Of a stretch of DNA of 64,000 bases, positions 12,996 through 29,797 are shown one piece after another. Below the pieces are notes generated by a model. It was not told where the DNA came from. It worked only from the letters and a program-made list of their open reading frames with translations, and searched no databases. The position numbers and the translations under genes were made by a program. Every line of letters starts with the position of its first letter. Position 1 is the stretch's first letter. The DNA lies in NCBI RefSeq assembly GCF_009914755.1, contig NC_060928.1; one strand, given 5' to 3'. This DNA comes from the human T2T-CHM13v2.0 reference genome, Homo sapiens.

Positions 12996-14469
12996 GGCAA
13001 GGGAATGCATTTTAAGACCTAACCAACATCTGTTTCCTGTGATTTGACTTCCCACACGGATCTGTCTTGGGAGAGAAAATGCACATTTGCTGTCAGAAGT
13101 GTTTGATCTGTATTTCTCTCAATTGTATCATTCTTTATGGATTAATGCACTGGCCTTGAGGTTTTATAAACCTGTTGGTGTGAACTGCATTATACAATGG
13201 ATCCTTCTTGATGTGCTGCCATTGCAGGAGGCTAAGTCCCCAGGCATAAAGGGAAGCACTGGACCAGATAGATTCACCGACATGAGGCACCTGTGCAGCC
13301 TTGTGGGCAGCAGCAGCCAAGCAGCCAGTCCTGGCAGGGTCCTGGCCTTGCCCCACACGTTCCATTCAAAGTTTTGGCAGTGGGGACCGACACCTGCACA
13401 ACCAAGATCACTTCCCTGTGGCTTTCGCAAAGCTAGTGTGGCTGCCTTGAGGCTAAAAGGAGGAAAATAAAGGTAAGGATAAAATGAGATGAGAACTGTG
13501 AATTTTGATATATTATACTTGGGAAAATAGAAAGCACTATGAAGCACAAAAAATATTTTCACCAGCATCTTTTTAAGCCCTCCCAGGGGGCATGCACAGA
13601 ATTTAGTAGGAGCCATATATATTCAGCAGGGGAGGCCTATGGGTAGCTGACCTTGGAAATGATGTCCCTAGCTCCTTCTTTTCTCCATCACACTTTGGGA
13701 GATGCAGCCATCATGACTCTTCATGGAAACTATGGCAATAAATGTCTAAACAGTTATCCATGAAGTATTTGGGTTTCCTCACAAGAGCTTCTCCAAAAAT
13801 GAAGGAATTCAAGTTAGTCTTCATAGATTACTCAGGTCAAGACAGCTGTGAAAATTTTCTGATGGTTTAGTGATTCTTATTCAGTTCAGTGATCTGGCTT
13901 CAAAAAACCTTCCAGTCTTAATTATGTCTCCTTATTACCAGAGAAATGCAGAACTTCAATATTGCTATACATCATTCTGACCTTTTCATCACATAAAAAC
14001 GTTGGCAGTTTTCTGTAAGCCCAAGATAGCGAGTAGCCTTTTAGGGCTAACAGAACCAATTATGGCCGCTTAAAATAGATTTCTGTTATTCAAGGTGCCA
14101 ACTTCTTCCCATGTTCAAAGCTCCATCTGTTATTAACAATGATCCTAAAACTAGTCATCTGCTCCAAATCTAGTCAATGTGAAAATAAAATGAGGATGGA
14201 AAATAAATGACTGCAAAATTTTCCAGATTAACTAAAAAAAAAAAAAAAAAAAATCTTGAACTGACAGCTGCCAATATTCTGAGACACTGATTCAGTTTCT
14301 GGTTAATTCACACTGCAGGTATCTTTAATACTCCAAAGGATAAAACTGATGAAGTGTTTAACCATTTTCTTTTTATTATTTTGGATAGGCATAATCAAAA
14401 GTTATAAGTTAGAGGTGAAAGTATTTGAAAGGCTTTTGTAAGACAGCAGCAGCCATTCTTTCAACGCAG

Positions 14470-14800
14470 TCAATGTAGAGTTGTATTTATTTGGCAAATA
14501 TTTATTGGGTACCTATGACATGCCCATATATATGCATTATGCTATGAGCTGGGGATGCAGTGATGAGTATCATCAGATAGTGTCCTTGACCTCAAAGAGC
14601 CAACTGGCTCATGGGAGAAACACTAATCAAATAATAACACAAAGCACAATAACACAAAAATGTAAAATAGCAACAGTGATTGTTGCTGCAAAGAAAGATG
14701 TACGGTGTTATGAGGGTGTGTAATAAGGAGAATCGACCTAGTCCAGGAGGTCTGAAACAACTTCGTTAGTTAAGCCAAGATCAGATGGGAAAGGAAAGAT
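14470..14800 (-). mobile_element. L2 fragment
   Basis: caaatatttattgggtacctatga...ccttgacctcaaagagc is the typical antisense L2 3' end. Confidence 0.65.
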
Positions 14801-15624
14801 GGGAGCTAACGAGACAACATCAGGGTGGGAGGGGAGCAGGTTTGTAGAGGGTGGCAGGAGAGGCGGGATGGTTCAGGCAGGGACAATCTATATTAAGATG
14901 AAGGAGATGTTTATGTGCACATGTTTTACCATCAATTCTTCCAGGCCTGACATATATGCCTGTCACGTAAAGGCATTCAATGAATGACTGGAATAAATCG
15001 TCCTATTCCGCCTATAGATTCTTCACATTTGTGAATTTCTTCCTGCAAAAAGAATCATCCTCTTCACTTTGATCCATTCTGTAACCAAGCAGATGGCTGT
15101 AACCTTTCCTGTTTTATGAACCCAAATCTGTATTTTAAGAGTCATAAATAAGATAGTTAAGCAAGTAAAAATTAAATTCTCATGTTATCTTTCTTGGTTG
15201 CAGGACATCTGGCACCAGTAATTTATCTTCTCATCTGCAGGAAGTTGAAACCTGCTTAGTATTTATTATAGCGGCCATAAACATGTTCCAAATTATAATT
15301 TTACATTGCCATTAGTTTTATTTTGGTGTAATATAAATTATTGGGTCATCCACTTCCTTTTGACATTTAGTAATTCTCTTTCACAATAAAACTCCATTTT
15401 CTTTTGCTTCATGTTCCCTCAGAACCCACTCACATTAATTGCAAGAAAATTTCAGCCAGTGCCACAATGAGGATGACTCACATTGTTATACACAAGCTCT
15501 TAGGACCTTATATAGACAAAATGTTTTGTCTCAGTTTCCAATGAGAAACTGAAAATGCAAAAGAGCAGGAAGGCTTTTGATCTGTGGCTTAAACCCCCAG
15601 TCCCCCAGTTCACTATTGACATTA

Positions 15625-15830
15625 CATGGCGTGCTAGAAAGTGCATCAGTTGGACAGAACTGAGTTTGAACCCTGGCTCTGTTAGAAACCAGCTATGAAC
15701 CAGTTACTTAAACTCCCTTATCTTCAGTTTTCTCATCAGGAAAAAAAACGGAGTTTTGAAATCAAATGAAATGATGTGCATGAAAGTACAGAACATACGG
15801 AAGGTGCTTAATGAGATATTAGTTTCCCTT
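15625..15830 (+). mobile_element. MIR
   Basis: ctgagtttgaaccctggctctg...agttacttaaactccc...cagttttctcatc core. Confidence 0.7.
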
Positions 15831-15989
15831 CTCCTATGTCAACCACAGGTAGAATCTCCTTAACTATGTTGGAAGCTCTATAAAGGCAAGGACTGTGCCT
15901 ATGGTATGTGCCCATTATATCACCAATGCTTAGTATAATGGCTGACCCGTAGTCAGTATTCAGTAAATATTGGTTAAATACTTAATGGT

Positions 15990-16797
15990 CGTAATGGTTA
16001 ATATTGAGTGTCAACTTGACTGCATTGAAGGATGCGAAGTATTGTTCCTGGATGTGTCTGTGAGGGTGTAGCCAAAGGAGATTAACATTTGAGTCAGTGA
16101 GTTGGGAAAGGCAGACCTGCCCTCAATCTGAGTGGGCACCATCTAATCAGCAGCGATGGAGGCCAGAATAAAAGCAGGCAGAAGAACGTGGAAAGATTAG
16201 ACTGACTGAGTCTTCTGGACTCCATCTTTCTCCATGTTGGATGCTTCCTGCCTTGGAACATCGGATTCCAATGTTCTTCAGCTTTGGGACTCGGACTGGC
16301 TTCCTTACTCCTCAGCTTGCAGATGGCCTATTGTAGGACCCCACCTTGTGATCACGTGAGTCAATACTCCTTAATAAACTTCCCTTTATAAAGACTCAGC
16401 CTAGAGTTACTTTTGCATAGTTTTCAAAATCCCTTCTTCAAGACAGTCAATGTTATTTATGATTCTTTGATATCCATAGCCCTTCTACAAAGCGTACTAT
16501 GCCTTCTTTAATAAAGTGGAATTCTATGCCCTGTAATTACTCTGTCTCTTTATCTGTTGTCATATTTCCCAATCTCTCAGACTCATTTCTTGCTCATCCG
16601 CTCTTTTTACTCTATACTCATTTCCCTTGAGGGTTTGCGAGATTTAATAAGCTGTTATAGTGCCAGATATTATGCTAGCAACAACAATCCACAGATAAAA
16701 AAGACAGAGATCACCTGTGTGAAGATGATAGTTAAATGAATAACTATCATTTAACTATCCTATTAGTTCTGTCCCTCTAGAGAACCCTGACTAATCC
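15990..16797 (+). mobile_element. MLT2A (HERV-L) solo LTR, interrupted by a 350-bp insertion
   Basis: Starts gtaatggttaatattgagtgtcaacttgac and ends ctatcctattagttctgtccctctagagaaccctgactaat. Confidence 0.9.
16394..16743 (+). repeat. 350-bp displaced copy of 17740-18089
   Basis: About 13 differences in 350 nt by manual alignment; also seen as twin ORFs at 16557 and 17900. Confidence 0.97.
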
Positions 16798-16859
16798 AAT
16801 GTGAAGAATTTCAAGTTTTAAGGATTTCACTCTTTTTGATGGACATATAGGGGAGATAT

Positions 16860-17370
16860 GAAATGAACTTTTCACTGACCCACACAGCAGGAGTGGATGG
16901 AAACTCTGATCCCGGAAACCTGATGTCGATATTTATTTGGCAGTCCAGCATGTGGACATGTCAGGGGTGATGACAAGTATGCAGAAAGCCAGAAGAGCAG
17001 ATATTATCCCCTCTCCCTGCTTCCTGGCACCTGGAGTACCACTGTATGGCCTCCCCTCATACTCCTCCTTGGAGCTTGCAATCCTGAGGAGAGATGCAAA
17101 GCTGCAGGGTAGTCATAGGAGTGGCCCCAGCAGTTCAGAGGGGGGTGACACCAGCGGGAGCATTCTCACCAGACCATTCCTGACATGCAACTTGGACTGT
17201 ATTTTTGGTTTCCTGCCCTCCCTCACCTTAATACCTGTTTATTTTCCACGCTCAGTTTCCCTAGCCTCCTGTTGTTTCTATGGGCTACCTACTGGTTTTC
17301 CAACAAATGTCCTCTCTGCAGTCAGTCAAGTGGGCTTCTATCATTTGCATCCAACGATTCAGATTCTAAT
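16860..17370 (+). mobile_element. Old ERVL-type LTR relic
   Basis: 3' end cagtcaagtgggcttctatcatttgcatccaa resembles LTR16/LTR33-group termini. Confidence 0.4.
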
Positions 17371-17457
17371 CCACTCCTCCTGCCCCTGGCTTTGGTTTCC
17401 CAACATGGTCAACTCATTAAGCACTCACTGTTTCTAGGGGTACGTTTTAAAGTTACT

Positions 17458-17747
17458 TTTTTTTGAGACACAGTCTTGCTCTGTTATCCAGTCTAGAGTA
17501 CAGTGGTGTGACCTCGGCTCACTGCAGCCTCGACTTTCCAGGCTTAAGCAATCCTCCCACCTCATCCTCCTGAGTAGCAGGGACTATAAGCATGTGCCAC
17601 CACATCTGACTAATTTTGTTTATTTTTTATAGAGATGGGGTTTCACTATATTGCCCAGGCTGGTCTTGAACTCCTGGACTCAAGTGATCCTCCCACCTCG
17701 GCCTCCTAAAGTGCTGGGATTACAGGCGTGGGCCACCACACTCGGCC
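17458..17747 (-). mobile_element. AluJ
   Basis: Dimer; TSD taRagttactttt. Confidence 0.93.
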
Positions 17748-18354
17748 TAGAGTTACTTTTGCATGTTTTTCAAAATCCCTTCTTCAAGACAGTCAATGTT
17801 TTTTATGATTCTTTGATATCCATAGCCCTTCTACAAAGCGTGCTATGCCTTCTTTAATAAAGTGGAATTCTATGCCCTGTAATTACTCTGTCTCTTTATT
17901 TGTTGTCATATTTCCCAATCCCTCAGACTCATTTCTTGCTCATCCGCTCTTTTTACTCTATACTTATTTCCCTTGAGGGTTTGCGAGATTTAATAAGCTT
18001 TTATAGTGCCAGATATTATGCTAGCAACAACACTCCACAGATAAATAAGACAGAGATCACGTGTGTGAAGACGATAGTTAAATGAATAAGATGGAAAGTA
18101 GATTAATGCCCAGCCAGGACACATAAGCTCTCACGCTTCTCAAAGCAAGGAGGAAAATATTAGAGACACATAAAAGATGGGGATTTGATTCAGTTTGACA
18201 TCTCTTTCTACAGCAGCAGGATGCATTTATTCCATCAGTGTCCACCGTGCCCCTAGAATCTGCCAGGCACAATGTGGTGCCTGCGTCCTGGTAATCTCTC
18301 CTTATTTCTCTCTTGTAGGATGAATAAGCTTCTTTTGGAGGTACGAGCCCATTT

Positions 18355-18381
18355 ATCTCTCTCTCTCTCTCTTTCTCTCTG

Positions 18382-18413
<32 letters not shown>

Positions 18414-18422
18414 TGTGTGTGT
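18355..18422. repeat. Compound (CT)n(GT)n microsatellite
   Basis: Directly visible. Confidence 0.95.
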
Positions 18423-20375
18423 TGAACAATACTCACTTTTAAATGCATGAACAAATGGAGAGACATCCTGGAATGTGTGGCTAGTGTTGACAACAAGCTG
18501 CTTCTGCTGAATGTGACACACAGTCACCACCGCTTTGAACTACATTTTTTTTTTCTACCCGTGTTACTGCATCTCCAGAGAACCATGCTGACACATTTTT
18601 CCCGTACATTCTCACTGCTGCCTATAATCCATCACTACAAAGAGAGGCCTTAAAAACGGCACTCAAGGGAGACATGATTTCCTTTCCCTTTCTCTGTCAG
18701 AAAAGCAACTCATAATAGGGAAGGAAAAGATTGCATTTAGGTTAAAGGAATATAAATAAGAAAGAGTCTGCCTCTTTCTCTCTTTAAGACGCTAAGCCTC
18801 AAAAGGGTTCTTGGTTTTAAAAAGGCCATCACCCCTTGACCTACACTAAACATTAATATTATATACCTGGTAATAAAGCCAGAGGATTTTTAGTGAGAGC
18901 TATGAAAGGGAAAGGATGGCTAAGACAGGTTTCTTTGGTGGATGAAAGTCACAGGCTCATAAATACAACTTTGCGAGGTTAGTCTTGTGGTTAGCTAGTA
19001 CTTAAAATTTGTGATTCCCTCGACTATATGGGTTGACGGGGGAACTATAGACTTTTTCTCAGACAAGACAGCAGTGCTCAAAATTACGACTTGAAAACAG
19101 AAACGACCAGAATTCCTAAGGTGACCAAAAAGCCCCACAGAACTGTGTTAAAACTGTCCTCATATTTGGACACATGTACTGAGTAAGAGGGGAGCCCAGG
19201 GAAAAATGCCATTTTTGCCTTTTAAAAATTAATTTTGCCATTGAAAACAACGTTATAGCTTTTAATTTATTAATCAAATAAGATTTTCATTGACTGGACA
19301 AAATTTCCACCAACTTACCCCACATTTAACTGGTGTCAAATGATTATTTAGCTAATGCTTATTATCAGTCATAGCTTAATACTTTCACTGCTAATGCTGG
19401 GTAGAAAGCCTAAATTTTTAAAATATTTGAGCTCCTTAGGTGCACTCAAGCTAGGGTTCCGTGTATCTGCTAATTTAAATGGCTAACAAAAGCCCCCAGT
19501 GAACAAAGTCCCCAGTGAAATGCGGTGCAAATCTCTATGTCGCTACTGATGCAGCTGTAGGGTGGGGGACTGGAGGTTTGCTCGGCATCCTCCCATTTTT
19601 GAAAACTGTTTACATGCCAGACTTGAAGCTTCCTTTTTTTTCTAACTTCTCACAAAGTACGAAGGCACCTACTCGCTGGCTGTGTACAAGGAGCTTTGGT
19701 AACAGCACTCATAATTCTGTGGTTTTCACGGTCAAGGATATTATTTCTCTCTGCTAAAGAAGAGGGCTTCGTCCATGTCACATTCTCTCTCTTTCTCTTT
19801 TTAACGTGATTTGACAGCTTGAATCCAAAAGGAGGCTTCACAATTAGAAGAAAGGGATTGAACCACAACATCTGTGCTAACAGCCCCCATCACTGCTCTA
19901 ATTAGAATTCCCTTATTCCATTTCTGTTTCTCAGGAGAGGACAGGGGGCTTTTTAATTGGGGCTATTAGAAGTTCTCTTTACACAATGACACCCTCTGCT
20001 AAGGGAAGGCTCCAGCGAAAGCCATGCCCACTCTGCAATTACTTCTTGCAATTCTGGGGAATAATGGTATCTTGTCTCATTTAAAAATAAATCTAAGTCT
20101 TATCCCTATTGCTTTCTCTCCTCTGCCTACTCACATGAATTTCTTCTTGCCAATTAAGCAAACTTTCCATTATTTAAGGAGATAGTTTAGATTGCTACTG
20201 TCCCCTGATAATAAGACATATTAAACTGGATTTCATTTGCCCACAGCTCTGTTATTCCAGATACAAGGCTAATTTACATAAGCTCAGATCTCAGATCTTG
20301 AGTTTACTGTGTAGTGAAACCATGCAGCTTTGGAATTTCCTGAGTGCTGTTTTGTTTACATGCCACAGAACTTAC

Positions 20376-20459
20376 CTGAAAGAACCTGCACATTCAATGC
20401 TCTCAGTTTCTCCGAATCACTTCCTCTTAAGAGAACAGATGTAGGTTTGTCTCTATGAC
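20376..20459 (-). CDS. TMEM156: TMEM156 coding exon 5 (cytoplasmic tail, 84 nt, phase 1-1)
   Basis: Acceptor ttttctgggaatAG|GTCATAG, donor TTTCAG|GTAAGT. Encodes SHRDKPTSVLLRGSDSEKLRALNVQVLS. Too short for the ORF track; read by hand. Confidence 0.93.
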
Positions 20460-20566
20460 CTATTCCCAGAAAAGAAATGAAGTATTTAGATGATAAACAA
20501 GCGCATTGTTAACATATATTCCCCATGTTGGTTCAAAGGATTACCAAAAAGAATGGAGCCATTCAT

Positions 20567-20973
<407 letters not shown>

Positions 20974-21269
20974 TTAATATTCAATAACATTTAATGTGCT
21001 AAGTAGTGTGACATTTTTTATTACTTTGTATGCTTGTATTTGCAAGCCTTTGAAAATCACTAAGTCTGTCATTTGGGCAGATATTTGTAAGAATTTAATT
21101 TGACTCCCCACTACTGGTCTCCTTCTAGACATTTTTTCTAGCTCACTTCTATCTCTCTTTGCTTATAGCTTTTCATATGGGAAAATGGGTCAAGAAACTC
21201 AGAACTATACACTATTTATAAATAACACACAATTACTTTAAATAATAGAATTTTCAAAACTAAATACCC

Positions 21270-21420
21270 TACATCTTAGTTCTGACATTTTACTAGCTGT
21301 GCAGCTTTGGATAAACACTTAACCTCTCTAAGTCTCAGGGGATTTTTATCTACAAAATAAAAATAGCATATATCCTGTTTACACAGTTTAAGAATCTAGT
21401 GAAAATGCTCTGAAAATGGT
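21270..21420 (+). mobile_element. MIR
   Basis: tactagctgtgcagctttggataaacacttaacctctctaagtctcag core. Confidence 0.65.
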
Positions 21421-21689
21421 TATTCTACAAATAAACAGTATTGATTATGTTATTAACCACTGCACAAAGGGCTTTATTACTAAGGTATCAATGATAACAC
21501 TTGATATGAAACTGCTCTCAAAAATATCTGCAACAAATACCTAGTCAAAAGAATGAATTGCAACTTTACTGAAACCTGGAGGCAACCACTTGTTCTGCCT
21601 ACTGAAATGGCTAACACAGCCTTGCCTGGTAAAGAAGGAAAGAGTCTTGGGAAATCATACAACCACCACAATACTACTGTCCTTTAATG

Positions 21690-21880
21690 AAAACTAATTA
21701 TGCACTAGACACTGTGGTAAACTTTGTAAGTAATCTCTGTATTTCCTTACCTCAACCCTGTGTGGTAGTGGTGATTATGCTTGTTTTACAGAGGATGTAA
21801 GGGATGCTCACATAATTTAAATAACTTGCTTAATGTCACATAGCTAGTAAGTGGTAGTACTAGGACTCTAACATAAATCT
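21690..21880 (-). mobile_element. MIR
   Basis: ctcaaccctgtgtggtag...ttttacagaggatg...taacttgcttaatgtcacatagctagtaagtgg. Confidence 0.7.
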
Positions 21881-22271
21881 ATTTATTTTTAGTGCCTATT
21901 CTTATAGTAATACATCTTGCACTGTCTTTAAGAGACTAGCTACTCATATTATGAATTGTCCATTGGGCCTGATAGTCATCCATTTTATGCACTGGGGACA
22001 TGCCAGTAGAGCCAGTATTTGCATGGGTACACACCGGTAGCATCATACCAGTAATTTACAATCAATGTCCATCCTGATAGGTGGGTGCCTAGGTCATACG
22101 AGTTATTAAATATTTTTAACGTTGCTCCTACTGTCCTGATTCCTAATTTCTAATTTCCTTTAGCTCAGCCCTGCCAAAAATCTGATACCCCCATGCTTAT
22201 TAAAGATCGACTCTGCCTCACACCCGTCACCTACAGCCACTCTGCTCAAGATCTCCAACTCTGAAATTCTT

Positions 22272-22758
<487 letters not shown>

Positions 22759-22882
22759 TGAGTTACCAAGAATCACCACTTATTCACAGTAGGTGCACAA
22801 GAAATGCTAAATTGTACTAAAAAGGAAATGAAATCCATAGAAGAGATCAGGAGTTCCTCGGCACTACAGGGATTATACTTAC

Positions 22883-23002
22883 TCTGCCACTTTTGCACTC
22901 TTCTCTGGCCTTCAAGTATTTTGCGGATAGTGAGGATGATCAAAAATATAAAAACTAATAGAACTAAAATATACCAAGTGATCTTCATGGAACAAGTGAT
23001 AT
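22883..23002 (-). CDS. TMEM156: TMEM156 coding exon 4 (transmembrane exon, 120 nt, phase 1-1)
   Basis: Acceptor ttttctttacAG|ATATCACT, donor GGCAGA|GTAAGT. Encodes NITCSMKITWYILVLLVFIFLIILTIRKILEGQRRVQKWQ: a hydrophobic helix followed by basic stop-transfer residues. Confidence 0.95.
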
Positions 23003-23797
23003 CTGTAAAGAAAACAAATACTGTAAAAACCCAGTAAAATTATTCAACAGATAAAAGGCAATGTGGCAGTGTAGCTGAGTTCTACAACATATTCTGCCCT
23101 GAATTGAAAAGCTGAAATTATGACCATCACTGTTACAGGGTCACTAGCTCTCCTGAATTCTTTCTTGATATATGAAATGAAGGTATTATACGGGTAAACT
23201 TGAGTAGGTAGCTTCCAGCTATCCATGTAGTTCCAAAATTCTAGGATTCCTTTCACTTACAGGTTATGCTGATATTAGTTTCACTATCCTCGCTGTAACT
23301 AAGGTAAGACCACAACATAGCAATCCCAGAATCAGAACCACTTACAATTCATAATTTTGACCCTGGGCCAGGCAGCCCAAAAATATGTCCTCAAATCAGC
23401 AAAGATGCAGTGAGTACAAGGAAGATGGGGAAGAAAGAGAAAGGCAGGCAGTCAAAGGACTGGTCTGAGGCATATAAGTGGCCAGGACAATGAATAATCA
23501 GACCCTCTTTCCACAGGGTAATAGGCGGTAAGTACAGTGCTTTGCACGCCAATGATCAGATCAAGTGCATGCACTAATTAAACGTAGTTGCCCTGGCCTA
23601 AATTTAATAAGGATACAGGTATAAACTCATTCATTCAGATGACAATGAGGCAACATGGGAAGGATGGTCACCATGCAGCAGTAGCTTAGCACGGTCTCCC
23701 ATGGTCTCATAAAGACACACTGGCCAGCAGAACCAGGAATCAGTGACTCACACAAGGGTGGCATCATCATAGCTAACACACAACTGTCTACTGACTC

Positions 23798-24121
<324 letters not shown>

Positions 24122-24743
24122 TGTCTACTGACTTTCTAAGCCCACCCTGTGTACACTCTTCTTTGCATACAAAACACAGCTAGTACTTATGCACCTTAGC
24201 AGAATGTATACCATGTTTATACTCTTGGTATGAACTGCCTTTGTGGGGTTCATAACCTGGGTGTCCCCTTTACAGGAACCCAGATGTACACTAAATAGGC
24301 ATTAAGCATTCATTTAGAGAGGTGGCTAAGTAGAAAAAGGGCAGAGGTGGATTAGGATGGCGGCGCTCAGCCTCCCCAAGACTATTCCACGCTCTTCAGC
24401 TGCCAGGCTTGCATTCCTCATGCAGCAAAATAAAAGCATGAAGTTAAATAGCAGAGAACACTGGCAGTGCCAGCAACGATCAGGATGGGTCCAAAGACCA
24501 AGGTGTCATTGGGCACTGATAAAGCTATGGAAACAGAACCAACTTCATATTGCAATAGCACAAGACACATGATGGGGACCAGACCAGCCAGTGCAGCCAC
24601 CAGCATGATCTCAGAAGAGTGTATCTCCTAGGGTCCTGTGCTGCCCACCCATACCTGCAGCCTTCTTAGAGAGGAGCAAGGGGAAGCAGACAGAAATCTG
24701 GGGGGAACATCAAGGAACAGTTTAAATTATTATCTCAGAGTAA

Positions 24744-25231
<488 letters not shown>

Positions 25232-25251
25232 TGAATAAAGTTTTAACTGTC

Positions 25252-25569
25252 TTTTTTTTTTTCTTTTCTTTTCTTTTTTTTTTTTTTGAGACAGTGTTTC
25301 ACTCTGTTACCCAGGCTGGAGTGCAGTGGCCTAATCACAGCTCACTGCAGCCTTGTCTTCCCTATCTCAAGCAGTCCTCCTGCCTCAGTCTCTGAAGTAG
25401 CTGGGACTAAAGGTGTGCACCACACCCAGCTTATTTTCATCCTTTTTGTAGAGTCAGGGTTTCACCATGTTGTCCAAGCTAGTCTCGAACTCCTGTGCTC
25501 AAGCAATACACCCACCTCAGCCTCCCAAAGTGCTAGGATTACAGGCATGAGCCTCCACCGTGCCCAGCC
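25252..25569 (-). mobile_element. AluJ
   Basis: Diverged dimer. Confidence 0.9.
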
Positions 25570-26691
25570 ACCTTTAACTTTCTACCCATGGCAAAATGAA
25601 TATACTTTTTGCAGAATACGAGAGTACATATTTGTGCACCACTGCTATCTTTGTGGACACCCAAAAGCTGTTAACTATTATTTCACTTTGATTCTAGAAT
25701 TTATGGATTTTTTTCCATGAACACACACAAAAATCTTAAAATTATTATTATGGAAGTGCTTATTTTTTCTTTATTTTAGAAAAAATATAAAATACAGTTA
25801 GATGGATATACAAATGTACATTGAAAAAAATATGTTTTTGATGTCTGTAATCTAAACTTCTTTACCCTTCAGATTTCACTACAGTCACCTTCTCTAGGCA
25901 ATCTTTCCAGAGTCCATCTTCCAATTCATTCACTCCTCAATCAGAGGGAACTGATCCTTCTGTTCAGATCTACTCAGATCCTCTTCCATAGCCCCCACTC
26001 ATGCACACACCTTGAAATGACCCCTAATTGCAGAGGTTATAGGGCCATGGGAAAACTTAGTCACAGGAGAAATTTCTTTGAAGTCTCACATTTTATCTTA
26101 AAAATGCATGCACATTATATATTTCTGTTTGCTTTAAAGTGAATGTAATATTTTGAAAATCATTACCTTTACAATAATTAAAGCTTTAGAAAAGCAATCT
26201 GAAAGGCTTCCGTATGTCTGGAATATCAAAAAGGACAGCAAATTACTCTCCCATAGCACCTGTGGCACTGGAAGGCACTTGCTGGTGTAGGTGAGGGGTC
26301 GCCCTCTTTCAGATTGTTTCATATCATCTAACTTCATGACCCCAACACCTGACACACTGCCTAGCATACAGCAGGCACTCATTAAATGCATGTATCAAAA
26401 GATGCTCTCCAGGAATAGATTTTTTGGGTGAAGTAGGGCATACTGCTTAGTAGAAAGGAATAATTGTGGTATTTCAGAATAGGGTAACTAGGAAGTTAAC
26501 CAACCTTAAACAGAATTACGTTATGCAAGTATGTAAGATTTGTCTTTTAATCTCCTATTTTTTCCTCTAGGTGCCTAATCTGTACCTCACCCTATCTTCA
26601 CAGCATTACATCAAACTCCCATTTCATCCAGGCCTGGTTCTCAGCTCCAAGAGAGAACATGTTAAATCAACTCAAAACAAAAATTTAATAG

Positions 26692-27037
<346 letters not shown>

Positions 27038-27102
27038 AATATTCATATTTTAAAAGAAATGCCTCCCTTTAGTACACAAATATGGTGGTATTATTTCACT
27101 CA

Positions 27103-27412
<310 letters not shown>

Positions 27413-27713
27413 AACCACCACCACCCCACTGCAACAATAAAAAAAATTATTCTGAGGCAGAAGGTCTTTCCAGTGCTCCTCAAATCGTGACCCATAAATG
27501 CCTCCTCTTTCTCAGGTTACAGGTAGGCCCCATAAAAAGCATATTTTGAAAGAAAAATAAACAGATAAATAGACTAACATTCTTTCAGGCTATATTATTT
27601 CATCAGTAAAATTCTTCAGCTATTTGGCTTTCAGTTAATGTGATAGCCCTTACTTAATTTTACATGTCTATATCGGATAACTCCTTTTCCCTTTAGTTTC
27701 CTTAAAAACTTAC

Positions 27714-27974
27714 TTTTTATATCCATCTCCAGGTGCAAAGAAATGTGTATACAATCATTCGGGTATTCCATGATTCTACAAGTGTAGTTTATCGATTTCT
27801 CCTTGCTTGGCTCATCCTCCATGATTGTTGATCTTCCAGTGTGGTTTTTTAGATGACAGGTAGTGTTATATTCCTCCAAGTGGTCAACCAGAGGAGCTAC
27901 ACTGAAGTTAAAGTGCTGACAAGGTGAATGAAAATCATTTGCTTTCACTTCCATTGATCCTCTCCTGATAAGAA
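27714..27974 (-). CDS. TMEM156: TMEM156 coding exon 3 (ectodomain, 261 nt, phase 1-1)
   Basis: Acceptor cactttctAG|TTCTTATC, donor ATAAAAA|GTAAGT. Encodes VLIRRGSMEVKANDF...LEMDIK. Confidence 0.95.
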
Positions 27975-28100
27975 CTAGAAAGTGATTAAGAAAATGTTAT
28001 TTGCAAAATATTAATACATAGCAAGAAAACACATACAATTCAAAACTAAATCTCTTCCTTTCTATACAAGAAAGTAGAAACAAGAAGTTTCCTACACTAA

Positions 28101-28401
<301 letters not shown>

Positions 28402-28573
28402 TAAAAATAATCAGTAAGGTGGTTATATTTTTTAAGATCATGAAAACCAGGTTGTGGTAGTGTTGGAATAGGATTGGAGCATCTCAAAGAAAATACACAC
28501 ATTTCCCCAGTGACTTGTGGGACAGACTGTATTGTGTGACCAATATGGTCACAACAATATTTCCCATTCCACA

Positions 28574-29307
<734 letters not shown>

Positions 29308-29410
29308 ACACATGTTACCCTAAAAACTTCACCATTTGCTCATTAAGGAATCTAATTCCTTTCCCCTTGAATCTGGTAGCATTCGTGATTTGCTTTTAAT
29401 TCCTTTTCCT

Positions 29411-29797
<387 letters not shown>

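Noticed and set aside
13087-13616. Three overlapping ORFs of 76-150 aa
   Set aside because: Explained by locally higher GC and fewer stops; no recognisable homology. The region is kept only as a possible regulatory element.
16937-17437. 166-aa ORF
   Set aside because: Non-ATG start, overlaps an LTR-like relic, and has no recognisable domain or splice support.
16557-18085. Twin 60/61-aa ORFs (xSYFPI...) that look like a paralogous gene pair
   Set aside because: They are by-products of the 350-bp duplication, start at TTG, and show no protein-like features.
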